Numbered from the stretch's first letter, positions 8,734 through 19,093 are shown. The stretch is DNA of 64,000 bases from an uncultured Bacteroidales bacterium (GCA_964456825.1 CAYWCR010000011.1:5353-69352); one strand, 5' to 3'. Notes: generated by a model from the sequence alone, not told the origin. Translations and numbers: made by a program.

Positions 8734-10989
8734 TTACAAAACTTCTTTCAAATACATCCCCGTATAGCTTTTCTTGCATTGGATAATTTCCTCAGGGGTG
8801 CCCACAGCCATGATCTCACCTCCCTTTGAGCCTCCCAGGGGACCCATGTCGATAATCCAGTCAGCATGTTTAATGACATCCAGGTTATGCTCAATGACCA
8901 CCACTGTATTTTTATTGTCAATTAGCCTGTTTATAATGTTGAGCAGTTTTTCGGTATCCGCCATATGAAGTCCGGTTGTTGGCTCATCCATCACATATAC
9001 ATTGCCTTTTTTATGCAGTTCGGAAGCCAGTTTCAGACGTTGTGCCTCCCCTCCTGACAGGCTGCTGAGCGACTGGCCGATTTCAAGATAATCCAGTCCT
9101 ACTTCGTAAAGAATCTGCATCCGTCGCCTGATCTCAGCATCATCAAAAAATTCCCTGGCTTCTTCTACCGTCATCATCAGGATTTCATAAATATTGCGGT
9201 TCTTGTATTTCAACGCGAGGACCTCATCTTTGTATTTCTGTCCGTTGCATTGGTCACATACGATCTTTACATCATCCATAAAGCTCATCTCAATACTCAG
9301 GTATCCGTGTCCGTTGCATTTTTCACAGGCTCCCTTTGAATTAAAGCTGAACAACGAGGCATCGGCCCGGTTTGAGGCAGCCAATTCCTTTCGCATGAGG
9401 TCAAAAACGCCGATATAAGTGACCGGTATGGAACGTGATGATCTGCCGATAGGGGACTGGTCAATTACAATCACATCGCTGTTTTGTTTTACAAAAACCT
9501 CATGGATGAGGCTGCTTTTACCGGATCCGGCAACACCGGTAATGCAGGTAAAAACCCCTTTAGGGATAGAAACCGATACATGCTTGAGATTATGTATAGC
9601 GGCGTTTTTTATGTCTATGGATGCTGTCCATTTTCGACGCTGAACCAACTGTTTTACTCTTTTTTTCAATAGTCTGCCCGTGAGATTGTCAATGGGATCG
9701 ATATCATTTACCTTTCCTTCAAATAAGACTTGTCCCCCGCTTTTCCCTGCCCCGGGTCCAATATCGATCAGCCAGTCTGCGGCGCGTATGATGTCCGGGT
9801 CATGTTCCACCACCAGCACACTGTTACCTTTGTCACGCAAACGGTAAAGCATTTCTATCAGTTTTGCATTGTCCCTGGCATGAAGACCAATGGACGGCTC
9901 ATCGAGGATATACATCATATCGACAAGATCACAGTCGAGCTGGCGGGCCATTTTTACGCGCTGTGACTCACCGCCCGATAAGGTTGAGACCGGACGGCTC
10001 AACGACAGATAACCAACGCCAATCTCTATCAGATGGCCGAGAATCTGCCGCATTTTTTGCACCATCGGCCTGGCTATTTCATGATGGATTCCCGACAGGA
10101 ACAGTTCCAGATCTGTCAGTTCCAGGTTTACCAGATGATCAATGGACTGGTTGTTTATGTTGACTGACAGGGCTTTTTCATTAATCCTTGCGCCCATGCA
10201 AACATCGCACTGGCTGTAATCGAAATATCTTGCATACGCGTCCTTTTTGGCTGAGGGAAGATCATCCTCAGCCTTATTGACATATAACCGTTCCAGCTTC
10301 CTGACAATCCCTTCAAAATTCTTTGCATAGGTGCCGGCGCCATGTGGTTTGGTTATAGGAACATTATCAGCATTCAACAACAGGTCCATCTGTTCACCGG
10401 AAAATTCTTTCAGGGGAATTTCGGTGTTGAATAAATTCATCACCATGATCTCGCGCCACATCCAGCCACCAACCCTATAATCAGGATGGGTAATGGCTCC
10501 TTCCCTGAGTGATTTATCCTTATCTAACAACAAACTGACATCAACGGTGATTTTTTTCCCGAGGCCTTTGCATGCCGGACACATACCATCGGGATGATTA
10601 AAGGAAAAAAGGAATGACGGGCCGATGTAGGGTTCTCCGCATCGCGAAAACAACATGCGCAGATAGGTGTAGATCTCTGTGGCAGTGCCGATTGTACTGC
10701 GAAGGTTATACCCCATTCTTTTCTGGTCGATGACAATGGCGGTAGAGATGTTCTGGATTTCATCCACATCGGGTCGTGAAAGCTTGGGTAAGCGGTGCCG
10801 GGCAAAGGAGGAAAAAGTATCGATCAGCTGTCGTTGAGCTTCCGTATACAAGGTATCGAACACCAGCGATGATTTACCGGATCCGCTTACACCGGTAAAA
10901 ACAACAATCCTGTTCCTGGGAATCTCAAGGTTTACATTTTTCAGGTTATGCACCCTGGCTCCCTTAATAACAATATTGCTCCCCGCCAT
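8734..10989 (-). CDS. UvrA-family ABC ATPase, short (class II, UvrA2-like) paralog
   Basis: 751 aa. N-terminus GARVHNLKNVNLEIPRNRIVVFTGVSGSGKSSLVFDT. Two Walker A sites (GVSGSGKS, GVAGSGKS) and two LSGGE signature motifs. The sequence runs directly from the first ATP-site region into CPACKGLG, without the ~200-aa UvrB-binding/insertion region of canonical ~940-aa UvrA. Confidence 0.88.
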   Translation of the reverse strand: MAGSNIVIKGARVHNLKNVNLEIPRNRIVVFTGVSGSGKSSLVFDTLYTEAQRQLIDTFSSFARHRLPKLSRPDVDEIQNISTAIVIDQKRMGYNLRSTIGTATEIYTYLRMLFSRCGEPYIGPSFLFSFNHPDGMCPACKGLGKKITVDVSLLLDKDKSLREGAITHPDYRVGGWMWREIMVMNLFNTEIPLKEFSGEQMDLLLNADNVPITKPHGAGTYAKNFEGIVRKLERLYVNKAEDDLPSAKKDAYARYFDYSQCDVCMGARINEKALSVNINNQSIDHLVNLELTDLELFLSGIHHEIARPMVQKMRQILGHLIEIGVGYLSLSRPVSTLSGGESQRVKMARQLDCDLVDMMYILDEPSIGLHARDNAKLIEMLYRLRDKGNSVLVVEHDPDIIRAADWLIDIGPGAGKSGGQVLFEGKVNDIDPIDNLTGRLLKKRVKQLVQRRKWTASIDIKNAAIHNLKHVSVSIPKGVFTCITGVAGSGKSSLIHEVFVKQNSDVIVIDQSPIGRSSRSIPVTYIGVFDLMRKELAASNRADASLFSFNSKGACEKCNGHGYLSIEMSFMDDVKIVCDQCNGQKYKDEVLALKYKNRNIYEILMMTVEEAREFFDDAEIRRRMQILYEVGLDYLEIGQSLSSLSGGEAQRLKLASELHKKGNVYVMDEPTTGLHMADTEKLLNIINRLIDNKNTVVVIEHNLDVIKHADWIIDMGPLGGSKGGEIMAVGTPEEIIQCKKSYTGMYLKEVL

Positions 10990-11028
10990 AAGGGTTTCAA
11001 CTTAAGGGTTTGATTAAAAAACGCGGTG

Positions 11029-11451
11029 TCAATTCCCAATAAACAGGTCCAGCGCTTCCTTGTCAGATTCCGTCAACACCATGTTTTTTGATTTCCATTC
11101 CGGTATGGTTTTATCCTTAAGGGAGGGAATATGTTTCTTCATGGCTTTGAACATGATGCCGGTCGCAAGTTTATAGGTGGTAAACAATCCGGTTTTTATA
11201 TTATCCGGGATGGTTACCCCATTAATGGCATTAATCCATATCCTGTCAGGGTGTTGAAGCATAATGTATAGGCCACTGGTCCAGCATCCCAGAAGAAGAA
11301 AGGATACATCCCGCAAATGATCCGTCTTTAACTCCTCCACATCCATGATCCTGATTTCCAATCCTTTTCCACGCAGATATTTACCGATTTCTTCCCCGTA
11401 CATCCGGGTATGGCCATTTTTGCTCCGAATGGCGATAAGTGCTTTTTTCAT
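11029..11451 (-). CDS. flavodoxin-fold protein
   Basis: 140 aa. MKKALIAIRSKNGHTRMYGEEI followed by LLLGCWT resembles the flavodoxin-like fold pattern. Sits 39 nt upstream of the UvrA paralog on the same strand. Confidence 0.5.
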   Translation of the reverse strand: MKKALIAIRSKNGHTRMYGEEIGKYLRGKGLEIRIMDVEELKTDHLRDVSFLLLGCWTSGLYIMLQHPDRIWINAINGVTIPDNIKTGLFTTYKLATGIMFKAMKKHIPSLKDKTIPEWKSKNMVLTESDKEALDLFIGN

Positions 11452-11605
11452 AGGGCATAAGTTTTGTTGTTATTGCTCTCTGGTCAGGTTTGTGATTTTT
11501 TCGGGAATAAAATTACAATTCTATTTTAACCTAACCATCCTAAATAATCAAATTATATTTGAGAACTGAGAATATAAAAATATTTGTTAATATCTGAATA
11601 TTATG

Positions 11606-11613
11606 TATTTTTG
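11606..11613 (+). promoter_or_regulatory. candidate Bacteroidota -7 promoter element (TAnnTTTG)
   Basis: TATTTTTG lies 21 nt upstream of the tonB-like ATG at 11634 and matches the TAnnTTTG consensus. Confidence 0.35.
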
Positions 11614-11633
11614 TAGCTCTAAAAACTAGGACC

Positions 11634-12317
11634 ATGGAGCTTAAGAAATCCTATAAAGCAGACCTTGAAAGAAAAAGGCTCATTTTTCTGGAAATAGGTT
11701 TAATTGTTGTTTTGGGTTTGACCCTCGCTGCATTTGAATGGACAACGCGTCCGTCAGAAGGCAACGAACTTCAGATTTCGACTGAGGATGTTGGAGATGA
11801 AGAACAAATACCCATTACCCGGCAGCAGCAGGAACAGATAGCACCACCTCCAACACAGGTTGTGGTCGAGCTCAATATTGTTGACGATGATGTTCAGCTT
11901 GACGATCAGCTGGAACTGGAAGATCAGTCAGCCAATGATAATATGGCCATGGACATTGTTGCTTACACGGCAAACGATGACGGCGAGGAAGTAGCAGAAG
12001 AAGTTTTCATCATTGTTGAAGATATGCCGACCTTCCAGGGCGGTGATCAAAATGCCTTCCGTACATGGATTCAGCAAAACCTCCGCTATCCCGAAATTGC
12101 ACAGGAGAATGGGATAAGCGGCAAAGTATACGTACAGTTCGCGGTGAATTCCAAAGGCGAAGTTGTTGATGTTAAGGTTGTTCGTGGTGTTGATCCCGCA
12201 CTGGATAAAGAAGCCATGCGGGTTGTTTCCTCTTCACCCAAATGGGTACCGGGTAAACAGCGCGGAAAACCGGTGAAAGTGCAGTTCACCTTCCCCATTG
12301 TATTTGTTTTGCAGTAA
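11634..12317 (+). CDS. tonB: TonB-family energy transducer
   Basis: N-terminal TM helix, an acidic/Pro-Gln-rich linker, and a C-terminal TonB domain (MPTFQGGDQNAFRTWIQQNLRYPEIAQENGISGKVYVQFAVNSKGEV...PGKQRGKPV). Confidence 0.85.
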   Translation: MELKKSYKADLERKRLIFLEIGLIVVLGLTLAAFEWTTRPSEGNELQISTEDVGDEEQIPITRQQQEQIAPPPTQVVVELNIVDDDVQLDDQLELEDQSANDNMAMDIVAYTANDDGEEVAEEVFIIVEDMPTFQGGDQNAFRTWIQQNLRYPEIAQENGISGKVYVQFAVNSKGEVVDVKVVRGVDPALDKEAMRVVSSSPKWVPGKQRGKPVKVQFTFPIVFVLQ

Positions 12318-12331
12318 GATCATAAACTCAA

Positions 12332-12364
12332 AAAACCCTGATGCCAACGATCAGGGTTTTTTTT
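12332..12364 (+). terminator. rho-independent terminator
   Basis: Stem aaaaccctgat / atcagggtttt (11 bp) with a 7-nt loop, followed by a T8 tract. Confidence 0.75.
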
Positions 12365-12447
12365 GTAACCTTTCTCCGCCGAATCCGAATAAAGACCAAA
12401 AAGAACTTCCAATTGTCGATTTGGTGAAATCTTAATAAATTTTGGTT

Positions 12448-13620
12448 ATGAAACATCTATACCTTACAGCACTTATTATGTTTTTGCTGACCGGGTGTTC
12501 TTCGTCAAAAAAGCTGATGGAGCGGGGCAATTATGATGCTTTGATTCAGAAATCCGTTAAAAACCTCGTCAAGGATTCCTCCAGCGAAGAAGATGCAGAG
12601 ATGCTCGATAAGGCTTATAAACTAGCCAATGAAAGAGATCTGGAGCGGATCAAATACCTGAAAACCGAGAACAATCCGCAATCTTATGATGAACTGTACC
12701 AGACCTATTCAAGTCTTAAATACAGGCAGACCAGTGTAAGAAAAGTGCTTCCGCTAAGGATCGGAGGGCGCACCATACAATATGAGTATGTCGATTATGA
12801 CAAGTACATGGTCGAAGCCAAGAAAAAAGCCGCTGACTATTATTATGAGAATGCGACAAAGCTCATGAACATCAATACAAAGGAATCCTACCGTCAGGCC
12901 TATTATGAGTTCAAAAAGAGCAAGGATTATATGGGCAGTGCATATCCCGGTATTGATAACAGTATCAATGAAGCAAGGTACCTTGGGATCAGCCGCGTTC
13001 TGTTGGGGGTGGTCAATAAAACCCTGTTTAACCTTCCCGATGAATTCCTTAATAATGTTCTGACCATTGACACCCGGGAATTAAGCAATGAATGGGTTGA
13101 ATTCCATGTACGGCGTCTGGATAATGAAACCCAGTATGATTATAATGTCGATCTGGTGCTTCAGTATATTGATGTCTCGCAGGATATAGTCTCTGACAAG
13201 GATTATATTGAGAAAAAAACCATCGAGGATGGGTTCAATTATGTGCTTGACTCCAAGGGCAATGTGATGAAAGACAGCCTGGGCAATGACATTAAGGTGA
13301 AGAAATATAAAGACATTACATGTACGGTCATCGAGACTCTGCAGGAAAAGCATTGCACCATTCAGGGCGTCCTGGAAATTATCTCCTTGAATCCCAAGCA
13401 ATTGCTTAAAAAAGAACCCATTGCCGCCTCAACACATTTTGAACACATTTCGGCCCGGGCTATTGGAGATGTCAATGCGCTAAAGCCCGAAACAAAAAAG
13501 CTGATCCAGATTAAACGACTTCCTTTCCCTGATAACTTCAGTATGATCTATGATTGTACCGAGACGCTAAAGCTTTCCATCCATGACGCACTCAGGGCTA
13601 ACCATTCACTAATCCAGTAA
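12448..13620 (+). CDS. lipoprotein, unknown function
   Basis: The ATG at 12448 gives MKHLYLTALIMFLLTGCSSSKK, a lipobox. About 390 aa with no recognisable catalytic motif. Confidence 0.65.
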   Translation: MKHLYLTALIMFLLTGCSSSKKLMERGNYDALIQKSVKNLVKDSSSEEDAEMLDKAYKLANERDLERIKYLKTENNPQSYDELYQTYSSLKYRQTSVRKVLPLRIGGRTIQYEYVDYDKYMVEAKKKAADYYYENATKLMNINTKESYRQAYYEFKKSKDYMGSAYPGIDNSINEARYLGISRVLLGVVNKTLFNLPDEFLNNVLTIDTRELSNEWVEFHVRRLDNETQYDYNVDLVLQYIDVSQDIVSDKDYIEKKTIEDGFNYVLDSKGNVMKDSLGNDIKVKKYKDITCTVIETLQEKHCTIQGVLEIISLNPKQLLKKEPIAASTHFEHISARAIGDVNALKPETKKLIQIKRLPFPDNFSMIYDCTETLKLSIHDALRANHSLIQ

Positions 13621-13634
13621 AACTATTCTTTCTA

Positions 13635-14825
13635 TTGGGGGGATTTAATACCAGATCAGAAAAAGAACGGGCCATACTCATCGGAGTTGCAAACAGTGAA
13701 TACGAGCCCGGCCAGATGGAAGAATTTCTGGAAGAACTTGCCTTTCTTGTTGATACTGCAGGCGCTGTTCCGGTCAGGCGGTTCATTCAAAAGCTGGAGG
13801 TACCCAATAACCGCACTTACATCGGCAAAGGAAAACTTGAGGAGATAAAGGAATTCATTTATGCCCATGGGATAGACATTGCCATATTCGATGATGAACT
13901 TTCCCCAAGCCAGATGCGGAATATTGAAGAAGAATTGAATATCAGGGTCCTTGATCGTACCAACCTGATCCTGGATATTTTCGCCAGCAGGGCTAAAACC
14001 GCATATGCCAAAACACAGGTTGAACTTGCGCAGTATGAATATCTCCTTCCAAGGCTGGCCGGTATGTGGACACACCTTGAAAGGCAACGCGGAGGCATTG
14101 GCCTTAGAGGACCGGGAGAAACCGAAATTGAAACTGACCGAAGGATCATAAGGGATAAAATTGCCCACCTGAAAGAGCAATTAAAAAAGATCGACCGGCA
14201 AATGACCACACAGCGCAAAAACAGGGGAAAGCTTGTACGCGTTTCACTGGTAGGATATACCAATGTCGGCAAATCAACCCTGATGAACCTGCTGAGCAAA
14301 TCTGAAGTCTTTGCCGAGAATAAATTATTCGCGACCCTGGATACAACGGTAAGAAAAGTCGTCATAGGCAATCTTCCCTTCTTGCTGAGCGATACGGTCG
14401 GGTTTATCCGCAAATTGCCCCACCATCTTGTGGAATCATTCAAATCAACCCTGGATGAAGTGAGGGAAGCTGATATTCTCCTGCATATTGTGGATATATC
14501 GCACGCCGGATTTGAAGAACAGATAAAGATTGTGAACCAGACCCTTCATGATATTGATGCGTCCAACAAACCCACCCTGGTGGTGTTTAATAAAATTGAC
14601 GCTTATCGTTATGTTGTCAAGGAAGAAGATGACCTCACGCCATTACACCGTTCCAATTTATCACTGGCTGAGCTAAAAAACAGCTGGATGGCAAAAAACA
14701 ATGCACCCAGCATTTTCATTTCTGCCACCAGAAAAGAGAATATAGAAGAATTAAAGATGCTGCTTTACAAGAAGGTAAAAGAAATTCATATCACCCGTTA
14801 TCCCTACGATAATTTTCTATTCTGA
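13635..14825 (+). CDS. hflX: GTPase HflX
   Basis: HflX N-domain (ERAILIGV ... LDRTNLILDIFASRA), G1 motif GYTNVGKSTLMN, DTVGF, and NKID as G4. The start is a TTG from the ORF track and is uncertain. Confidence 0.9.
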   Translation: MGGFNTRSEKERAILIGVANSEYEPGQMEEFLEELAFLVDTAGAVPVRRFIQKLEVPNNRTYIGKGKLEEIKEFIYAHGIDIAIFDDELSPSQMRNIEEELNIRVLDRTNLILDIFASRAKTAYAKTQVELAQYEYLLPRLAGMWTHLERQRGGIGLRGPGETEIETDRRIIRDKIAHLKEQLKKIDRQMTTQRKNRGKLVRVSLVGYTNVGKSTLMNLLSKSEVFAENKLFATLDTTVRKVVIGNLPFLLSDTVGFIRKLPHHLVESFKSTLDEVREADILLHIVDISHAGFEEQIKIVNQTLHDIDASNKPTLVVFNKIDAYRYVVKEEDDLTPLHRSNLSLAELKNSWMAKNNAPSIFISATRKENIEELKMLLYKKVKEIHITRYPYDNFLF

Positions 14826-14835
14826 ACCTATCTCC

Positions 14836-14853
14836 AAACCCCGACGGGGTTTT
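14836..14853. terminator. short bidirectional hairpin between convergent hflX and asd
   Basis: aaacccc-gac-ggggttt with A/T runs on both sides. Located between the stops at 14825 (+) and 14879 (-). Confidence 0.5.
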
Positions 14854-14878
14854 GAACACCCGGCGGAGTAAGGTTTAT

Positions 14879-15868
14879 TTACACCAGTTTCTTTTCTACC
14901 AGGTATTCCGCAATCTGAATGGCATTCGTGGCAGCCCCTTTTCTCAGGTTGTCCGATACAATCCACATATTCAGCGTCCTGGGTTGTGTTTCATCGCGGC
15001 GCAAGCGTCCTACAAACACTTCATCGCGATTATGGGAGATTATGGGCATCGGATATACGTTATTTTTCGGATCATCCATCACAATAACGCCAGGGGTATC
15101 CTCAAGGATCTTCCTTACATCATTCATTTCAAATTCCTTTTCAAATTCAGCATTAACAGCTTCGGAATGCCCTCCGATAACGGGTATCCTCACCGTTGTA
15201 GCCGTCACCCTGATCGTATCATCCTCCATTATTTTCCGGGTTTCGTTCACCATTTTCATTTCTTCCTTGGTATAACCGTTATCCAGAAAAACATCAATAT
15301 GGGGAAGTGCATTCATATCAATTTTATGAGGATAAGCCATCTCGCCTGAAATCCCTTTCCGTTCATTCATTAACTGGTCAACTGCTTTCTTACCGGTGCC
15401 GGTAACGGACTGATAGGTTGAAACCACGATCCGTTTCACTTTATATGCCCTATGAAGCCCGATCAAAGCAACCACCATCTGGATGGTCGAGCAATTCGGA
15501 TTGGCAATGATCTTATCCGATTTTGTCAGCACATGTGCGTTCACTTCCGGTACAACAAGTTTGATATTCGGCTCCATCCGCCAGGCTGATGAATTATCTA
15601 TAACCGTAGTCCCCACTTCCGCGAACTTCGGAGCCCATGTTTTTGAGGTTCCGCCACCGGCAGAAAAAATGGCAAGCTGCGGCTTCCTTTCAATGGCATC
15701 CTGCATCCCAACAACCGCATATTCTTTGCCCCTGAAAACCACCTTTTTTCCAATGGATTTTTCCGAAGCAACCGGGAGGAATGCAGTAACCGGAAAATTG
15801 CGTTCTTCAAGAACACGGATCATCTGTGACCCAACCAGGCCAGTGGCACCAACAACTGCAACTTTCAT
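14879..15868 (-). CDS. asd: aspartate-semialdehyde dehydrogenase
   Basis: MKVAVVGATGLVGSQM Rossmann N-terminus (ATG at 15868 preferred over the longer track ORF), NPNCSTI active-site Cys motif, and a C-terminal dimerisation domain. Confidence 0.9.
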   Translation of the reverse strand: MKVAVVGATGLVGSQMIRVLEERNFPVTAFLPVASEKSIGKKVVFRGKEYAVVGMQDAIERKPQLAIFSAGGGTSKTWAPKFAEVGTTVIDNSSAWRMEPNIKLVVPEVNAHVLTKSDKIIANPNCSTIQMVVALIGLHRAYKVKRIVVSTYQSVTGTGKKAVDQLMNERKGISGEMAYPHKIDMNALPHIDVFLDNGYTKEEMKMVNETRKIMEDDTIRVTATTVRIPVIGGHSEAVNAEFEKEFEMNDVRKILEDTPGVIVMDDPKNNVYPMPIISHNRDEVFVGRLRRDETQPRTLNMWIVSDNLRKGAATNAIQIAEYLVEKKLV

Positions 15869-16002
15869 AACATTAACATTAATGGTTAGAAGAACTGTTT
15901 TAACACACAAAAAGAATGTCACAGACATTCTTTTTGATTTTTAATTCCTTTTGGTTAAATTTCTCCAAATGTTATTGGCAAAATTCGCAAAAAAATTGAT
16001 TT

Positions 16003-17721
16003 ATGAAAATAACTGCCGCTTTTTTTTTATTACTCCCCGTTTCTTTGCATGCCCAGCATAAAGAATCCATGCCCTATGATATGGTTATTAATGAAATAAT
16101 GGCTGACCCGGAACCAGCGGTAAACCTTCCGCCGGTTGAATACCTGGAGCTCCTGAACAGGACGGGCCATGCAATTGAACTGCAGGGATGGACACTGACC
16201 GTTGGTGAAAGCAGCAAGGCAATACCAAACTGCCGCATTGAAGGGCATGCTTACCTGTTGCTATGTGAAGCCTGTGATTCGCTTTTGCTGAAACCTTTCG
16301 GAGCCGTTTTACCGGTCAAAGGATTGCCTGCCCTCAAAAATGAGGGAGAAACCCTGACCCTGTGCAATTCCCTGGGAGAAGTGATCCATGCTGTTTCCTA
16401 TTCCTTAGCGTGGTTCAGCAATTCCCTGAAAACGGCAGGCGGTTGGTCACTTGAAATGACCGATCCTGATAATCCATGCGGAGGATACGGGAACTGGGAT
16501 GGATCCGAAGATTATCTGGGGGGTACTCCGGGCTTTGAAAATTCAATATTTCGTCACAATCCCGACCTTGTCAGGCCCTTTTTATATCGGGCAGCCACGA
16601 CCAGTGACAGCGGATTGCTGATTACCTTCAGCGAATCCATGTTATCTGCCGGTGGTGCTGACCCCTTTATTTATACGGTCAACAACGGTATTTTTCATCC
16701 TTCGGCAGCAGCGCCTGTTCCACCGGAATATTCCTCCATCAACCTGATTTTTCAGACAAAATTTAAATCCTTCAAAATATACGAGTTGATGGTCAAGGAT
16801 GAGATCAGCGATTGCGCGGGAAATATGCTGGCAGACAGTTATATTGATTTCGGACTGGCATCCTTCCCTGATTCTTTTGATTTGGTTATCAATGAGCTAC
16901 TATTTAATGCCCGGAACGATGAGGAATTTGTTGAAATCATTAACCGCACGGGCAATGTTATTGAGCTTTCATCATTAAAGATTGTATTGATGGATGAATT
17001 TACTGGCAGTCCAGTGAAAAAGCTGGCTGAAATAACCGGGTATTTTCAGTTGCTGCCGGGTCAGTATGCTGTTATAACACGCAATGCCAAGGCCCTTCAG
17101 GATCAGTATCGTTGCCCTGATCCGGCTGCTGTCATCGAAAGTTCAGGTATGCCTGCGCTTCCTGATCAGAAGGGTGTCATCGCATTGCTCGATAAGACGT
17201 ACAGGGTAATTGATCAGTTCTCTTACAGGGCTGATTTCCATGCTCAACTGATAACGGACCCCAAGGGTGTATCCCTGGAACGTCTGAATGCTGACCAGCC
17301 AACCCATGATCCTGAAAACTGGCATTCAGCCGCTGAAGATGCGGGTTTTGCAACGCCGGGCTATAAGAATTCCCAGTCATTCAGCGTGGATGGATCAGCA
17401 CAGGCATCCGTTTGGGCAGAGCCTGATGTTTTTACTCCCGACAACGACGGAAATGCTGATTGTATGGCCCTTGCCTATCGTTTTGACAAACCCGGTTACA
17501 TCGCGACGGTGATGATCTTTGATGACCGGGGGAAACTGGTAAAGCCACTGGCCAATAATGTTATGCTTGGAACGGAAGGTTTTTTCATTTGGGACGGGAC
17601 CAATCCAGCAGGGGCACCTGAAAAAGCGGGAATATATCTTATCTATACAGAAGTTTATGCCGAACAGGGCATTATACGCAAATATAAGAACACCTGTATT
17701 CTGGCCAGAAAATTGAAATAA
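16003..17721 (+). CDS. secreted protein with two lamin-tail domains and a T9SS type-B (CHU_C-like) C-terminal sorting domain
   Basis: Signal peptide. Two LTD-like repeats (VINEIMADPEP..VEYLELLNRTGHAIELQGW and VINELLFNARNDEEFVEIINRTGNVIELSSL). C-terminal FTPDNDGNAD...MIFDDRGKLV...WDGTN...GIYLIY pattern. Confidence 0.7.
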   Translation: MKITAAFFLLLPVSLHAQHKESMPYDMVINEIMADPEPAVNLPPVEYLELLNRTGHAIELQGWTLTVGESSKAIPNCRIEGHAYLLLCEACDSLLLKPFGAVLPVKGLPALKNEGETLTLCNSLGEVIHAVSYSLAWFSNSLKTAGGWSLEMTDPDNPCGGYGNWDGSEDYLGGTPGFENSIFRHNPDLVRPFLYRAATTSDSGLLITFSESMLSAGGADPFIYTVNNGIFHPSAAAPVPPEYSSINLIFQTKFKSFKIYELMVKDEISDCAGNMLADSYIDFGLASFPDSFDLVINELLFNARNDEEFVEIINRTGNVIELSSLKIVLMDEFTGSPVKKLAEITGYFQLLPGQYAVITRNAKALQDQYRCPDPAAVIESSGMPALPDQKGVIALLDKTYRVIDQFSYRADFHAQLITDPKGVSLERLNADQPTHDPENWHSAAEDAGFATPGYKNSQSFSVDGSAQASVWAEPDVFTPDNDGNADCMALAYRFDKPGYIATVMIFDDRGKLVKPLANNVMLGTEGFFIWDGTNPAGAPEKAGIYLIYTEVYAEQGIIRKYKNTCILARKLK

Positions 17722-17826
17722 TGTGTCTTTTCTGCTTTGATTTTCCGTAACATAAATCAATGAAAAGTCGTACTAATTTTAGAATTTTATGGGTAGAAAA
17801 TAATCCACTCCGTAAACTGCCGGTAT

Positions 17827-19020
17827 ATGAATTACACCATTCTGGTTGCTGATGATTCTAAATCGTATTTCGATACGATTGAAGAGGCATTCAGGCAGAT
17901 GGGCGACCATTATAAGCTGATATGGGCCGGCACGGGTAAAATGGCTTGTCTTTTAGCGGAACAGTATTTACCGGATCTCATCCTGATGGATGTGATCATG
18001 CCTGAAATGAATGGTGTAAAGGCGATCCAGACACTCAAGGAAAATCCGCTGACGGCTGATATCCCGGTAATCATGTTATCGGCTTCAGAAAGCTTGCAGG
18101 CAGCTTATGAGACCGGGGCGCACGATTTCATCTCCAAACCTTTTAATCACTATGAATTGCTTATGCGGGTGAGGGCTTCATTAATCCTGATCGACAAGAT
18201 CAAGGAGATAAAGAAGCAAAAGGAGAAGCTGGAAAGGGAACATCAGAAAATTTCCCAGCAACGAAAAGAGATCATTGATGATATTACCTACTCGAAACGA
18301 ATACAGAAAGCGATTTTGCCGACCAGCGAGCTGGTAAGGGATATTTTCCCTGAGCATTTCATGCTGAATATTCCGAGAAATATTGTGAGCGGTGATTTTT
18401 ACTGGGTTGGCCAGAAATCCGGGAAAAAAATCATAACCGTTGCTGACTGCACCGGACATGGAATCTCGGGTGCGTTCATGACCATGGCAGGTATTGCTTA
18501 TATGAACGATATTTTTAACCGGTACACCATAGAAGAACCGGCTGAATTTCTTTACCTGCTGAGAGAAGAAGTGATGAAGTTGCTTCATCAGAAAGGCTTA
18601 GAGGGCGAGGCTTCCGATGGGATGGATGTGGCGCTTTGCATCATTGACGAAGAAAAGAAGGTCTTTAAATACGCCGGAGCCAATAATCCGGTTTACCGGG
18701 CCAACGGGAACGGGTTGGATATATTCAAGGCCGACCGCATGCCGATAGGAATTCATATTAATTTTACCACTCCGTTTACCTCGCAAAGCATTCGGTACAA
18801 TCAGGGAGATATGTTGTATATGTTTTCAGACGGATATGCTGACCAGTTTGGAGGCCCTGATAATAAAAAGTTCCGGTATAAGCAGTTTCAGGATCTTCTT
18901 TTTTCCATTCATGAGTCCCCGATGGCGGATCAAAATGAAAAATTGTATCGCACATTTATTAACTGGAAAGGTGATGAGGAACAGGTGGATGATATACTCA
19001 TCGTTGGAATCCGCTTATAA
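17827..19020 (+). CDS. response-regulator receiver fused to a PP2C (SpoIIE/RsbU-type) Ser/Thr phosphatase
   Basis: REC domain (ILVADDS...DLILMDVIMPEMNG...SKPF), a coiled linker, and a PP2C domain (SGDFYWV, VADCTGHGISGAFM, DGMDVAL, FSDGYADQ, DDILIVGIR). Confidence 0.85.
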   Translation: MNYTILVADDSKSYFDTIEEAFRQMGDHYKLIWAGTGKMACLLAEQYLPDLILMDVIMPEMNGVKAIQTLKENPLTADIPVIMLSASESLQAAYETGAHDFISKPFNHYELLMRVRASLILIDKIKEIKKQKEKLEREHQKISQQRKEIIDDITYSKRIQKAILPTSELVRDIFPEHFMLNIPRNIVSGDFYWVGQKSGKKIITVADCTGHGISGAFMTMAGIAYMNDIFNRYTIEEPAEFLYLLREEVMKLLHQKGLEGEASDGMDVALCIIDEEKKVFKYAGANNPVYRANGNGLDIFKADRMPIGIHINFTTPFTSQSIRYNQGDMLYMFSDGYADQFGGPDNKKFRYKQFQDLLFSIHESPMADQNEKLYRTFINWKGDEEQVDDILIVGIRL

Positions 19021-19093
19021 CGGATGCAATGTTTCAGGGTTTGATGATGTTTTTTAATAAAGTTTTCGTAATTTAATTTTCTAAATTGTGCTT

